This document shows positions 52,778 through 53,079 of a stretch of DNA of 53,079 nucleotides, one piece after another. Source of the DNA: an uncultured Spirochaetales bacterium (GTDB taxonomy: Bacteria > Spirochaetota > Spirochaetia > SPDA01 > CAZSGZ01). A program made the translations under genes and the position numbers. Position 1 is the stretch's first letter. The number at the start of each line of letters is the position of its first letter. The notes beneath the pieces are model-generated. The model did not search any database. It worked only from the letters and a program-made list of their open reading frames with translations, and was not told where the DNA came from. The stretch spans positions 1 to 53,079 of the forward strand of contig CAZSGZ010000001.1 in the NCBI GenBank assembly GCA_964606455.1. Reading direction: 5' to 3'.

Positions 52778-52903
52778 CTTGCATTAAGAGGGAATCGAAA
52801 CGGAGTGAGCGCCGAGCAGGGGCGAGGAAGAGCCGGCAGGAAGCCGGCGGCAGCGAACGGAGGCGGCCTGGAATGAGGAAACAGGATGTTTCCGATTAGA
52901 AGG

Positions 52904-52920
52904 GATTCCCGTCGGGCGCT
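52904..52920 (+). repeat. Exact 17-bp direct repeat of the tRNA-Gly 3' end (candidate att site)
   Basis: GATTCCCGTCGGGCGCT at 52904-52920 is identical to 52724-52740, the T-arm 3' half plus acceptor 3' strand of the tRNA. Confidence 0.85.
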
Positions 52921-52926
52921 TATTTA

Positions 52927-53079
52927 TCAAGCTGCATAATTGATCATTTCAAATGCTGCACCCTGATTTACAGCTACATCCAAAATTTTCATAAGACGAT
53001 TTGTAACATTTTCAGATAAAATATAATCACCGCAATTAGAACAAACCTGCGCGGGAACTGATTTGATAACAACTACTGT
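52927..53079 (-). CDS. YgiT/MqsA-type zinc-finger antitoxin-like protein (C-terminal 50 aa; 5' end lies outside the window)
   Basis: Not in the ORF track because it is truncated by the window edge. The minus-strand translation is TVVVIKSVPAQVCSNCGDYILSENVTNRLMKILDVAVNQGAAFEMINYAA*. It shows the family pattern V-P-A-x-V-C-x-x-C-G-[DE]-x-[YW] followed by a ..Y tail. Confidence 0.6.
   Translation of the reverse strand, partial: TVVVIKSVPAQVCSNCGDYILSENVTNRLMKILDVAVNQGAAFEMINYAA

Noticed and set aside
52642-52899. 85-aa plus-strand ORF
   Set aside because: It reads straight through the tRNA-Gly gene and its terminator, so it is spurious.

Overview
The window is 53 kb of gene-dense (roughly 95% coding), mid-GC (low-to-mid 50s % by eye) bacterial chromosome. 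Gene content suggests a free-living member of Spirochaetota. The pointers are a PUR-alpha/Bpur-like DUF3276 protein, FecR-domain outer-membrane proteins, many TPR proteins and lipoproteins, a long-form iPGM and a YeeE/TusA thiosulfate importer. This taxon call is inference only. Most of the window is ordinary housekeeping: gpmI, ilvD, lon, recO-thpR-recJ, rpsU, mutL, rnhA, comM/yifB, htrA, uvrB, mscS and tRNA-Gly(UCC). I see no CRISPR array, rRNA, transposase, integrase or recognisable defence system. Six places deserve a second look. (1) At 10.5-15.5 kb lies a compact sulfur-trafficking island. It has a split YeeE with a TusA gene wedged between the halves, a TrxR-Trx fusion lacking the NADPH HRR motif, and two exported tandem-rhodanese lipoproteins. 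It sits near a desulfurase-less minimal SufC/SufBD (SMS-like) pair. This is my best candidate for an undescribed functional unit. (2) At 15.5-19.2 kb a GT-C (ArnT/PMT-like) membrane glycosyltransferase converges on and overlaps an unusual GT2(GtrB/ArnC-like)-TM-ATP-grasp fusion. (3) There are two paralogous DHOD-like flavoproteins that have lost the catalytic SCPN loop, one of them paired with an orphan GcvH. (4) A membrane-anchored TPR protein carries a degenerate Mrr-type nuclease fold and is co-operonic with a metallophosphoesterase. (5) Two tandem paralogous beta-barrel proteins sit upstream of mutL, one fused to a FecR domain. (6) At the right edge, tRNA-Gly is followed 163 bp later by an exact 17-bp copy of its 3' end. 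After that copy the DNA turns abruptly AT-rich and encodes a YgiT/MqsA-type zinc-finger antitoxin, which looks like the boundary of an integrated island running out of the window. All functional calls come from reading the translated ORFs and motifs by eye. No database search was run.
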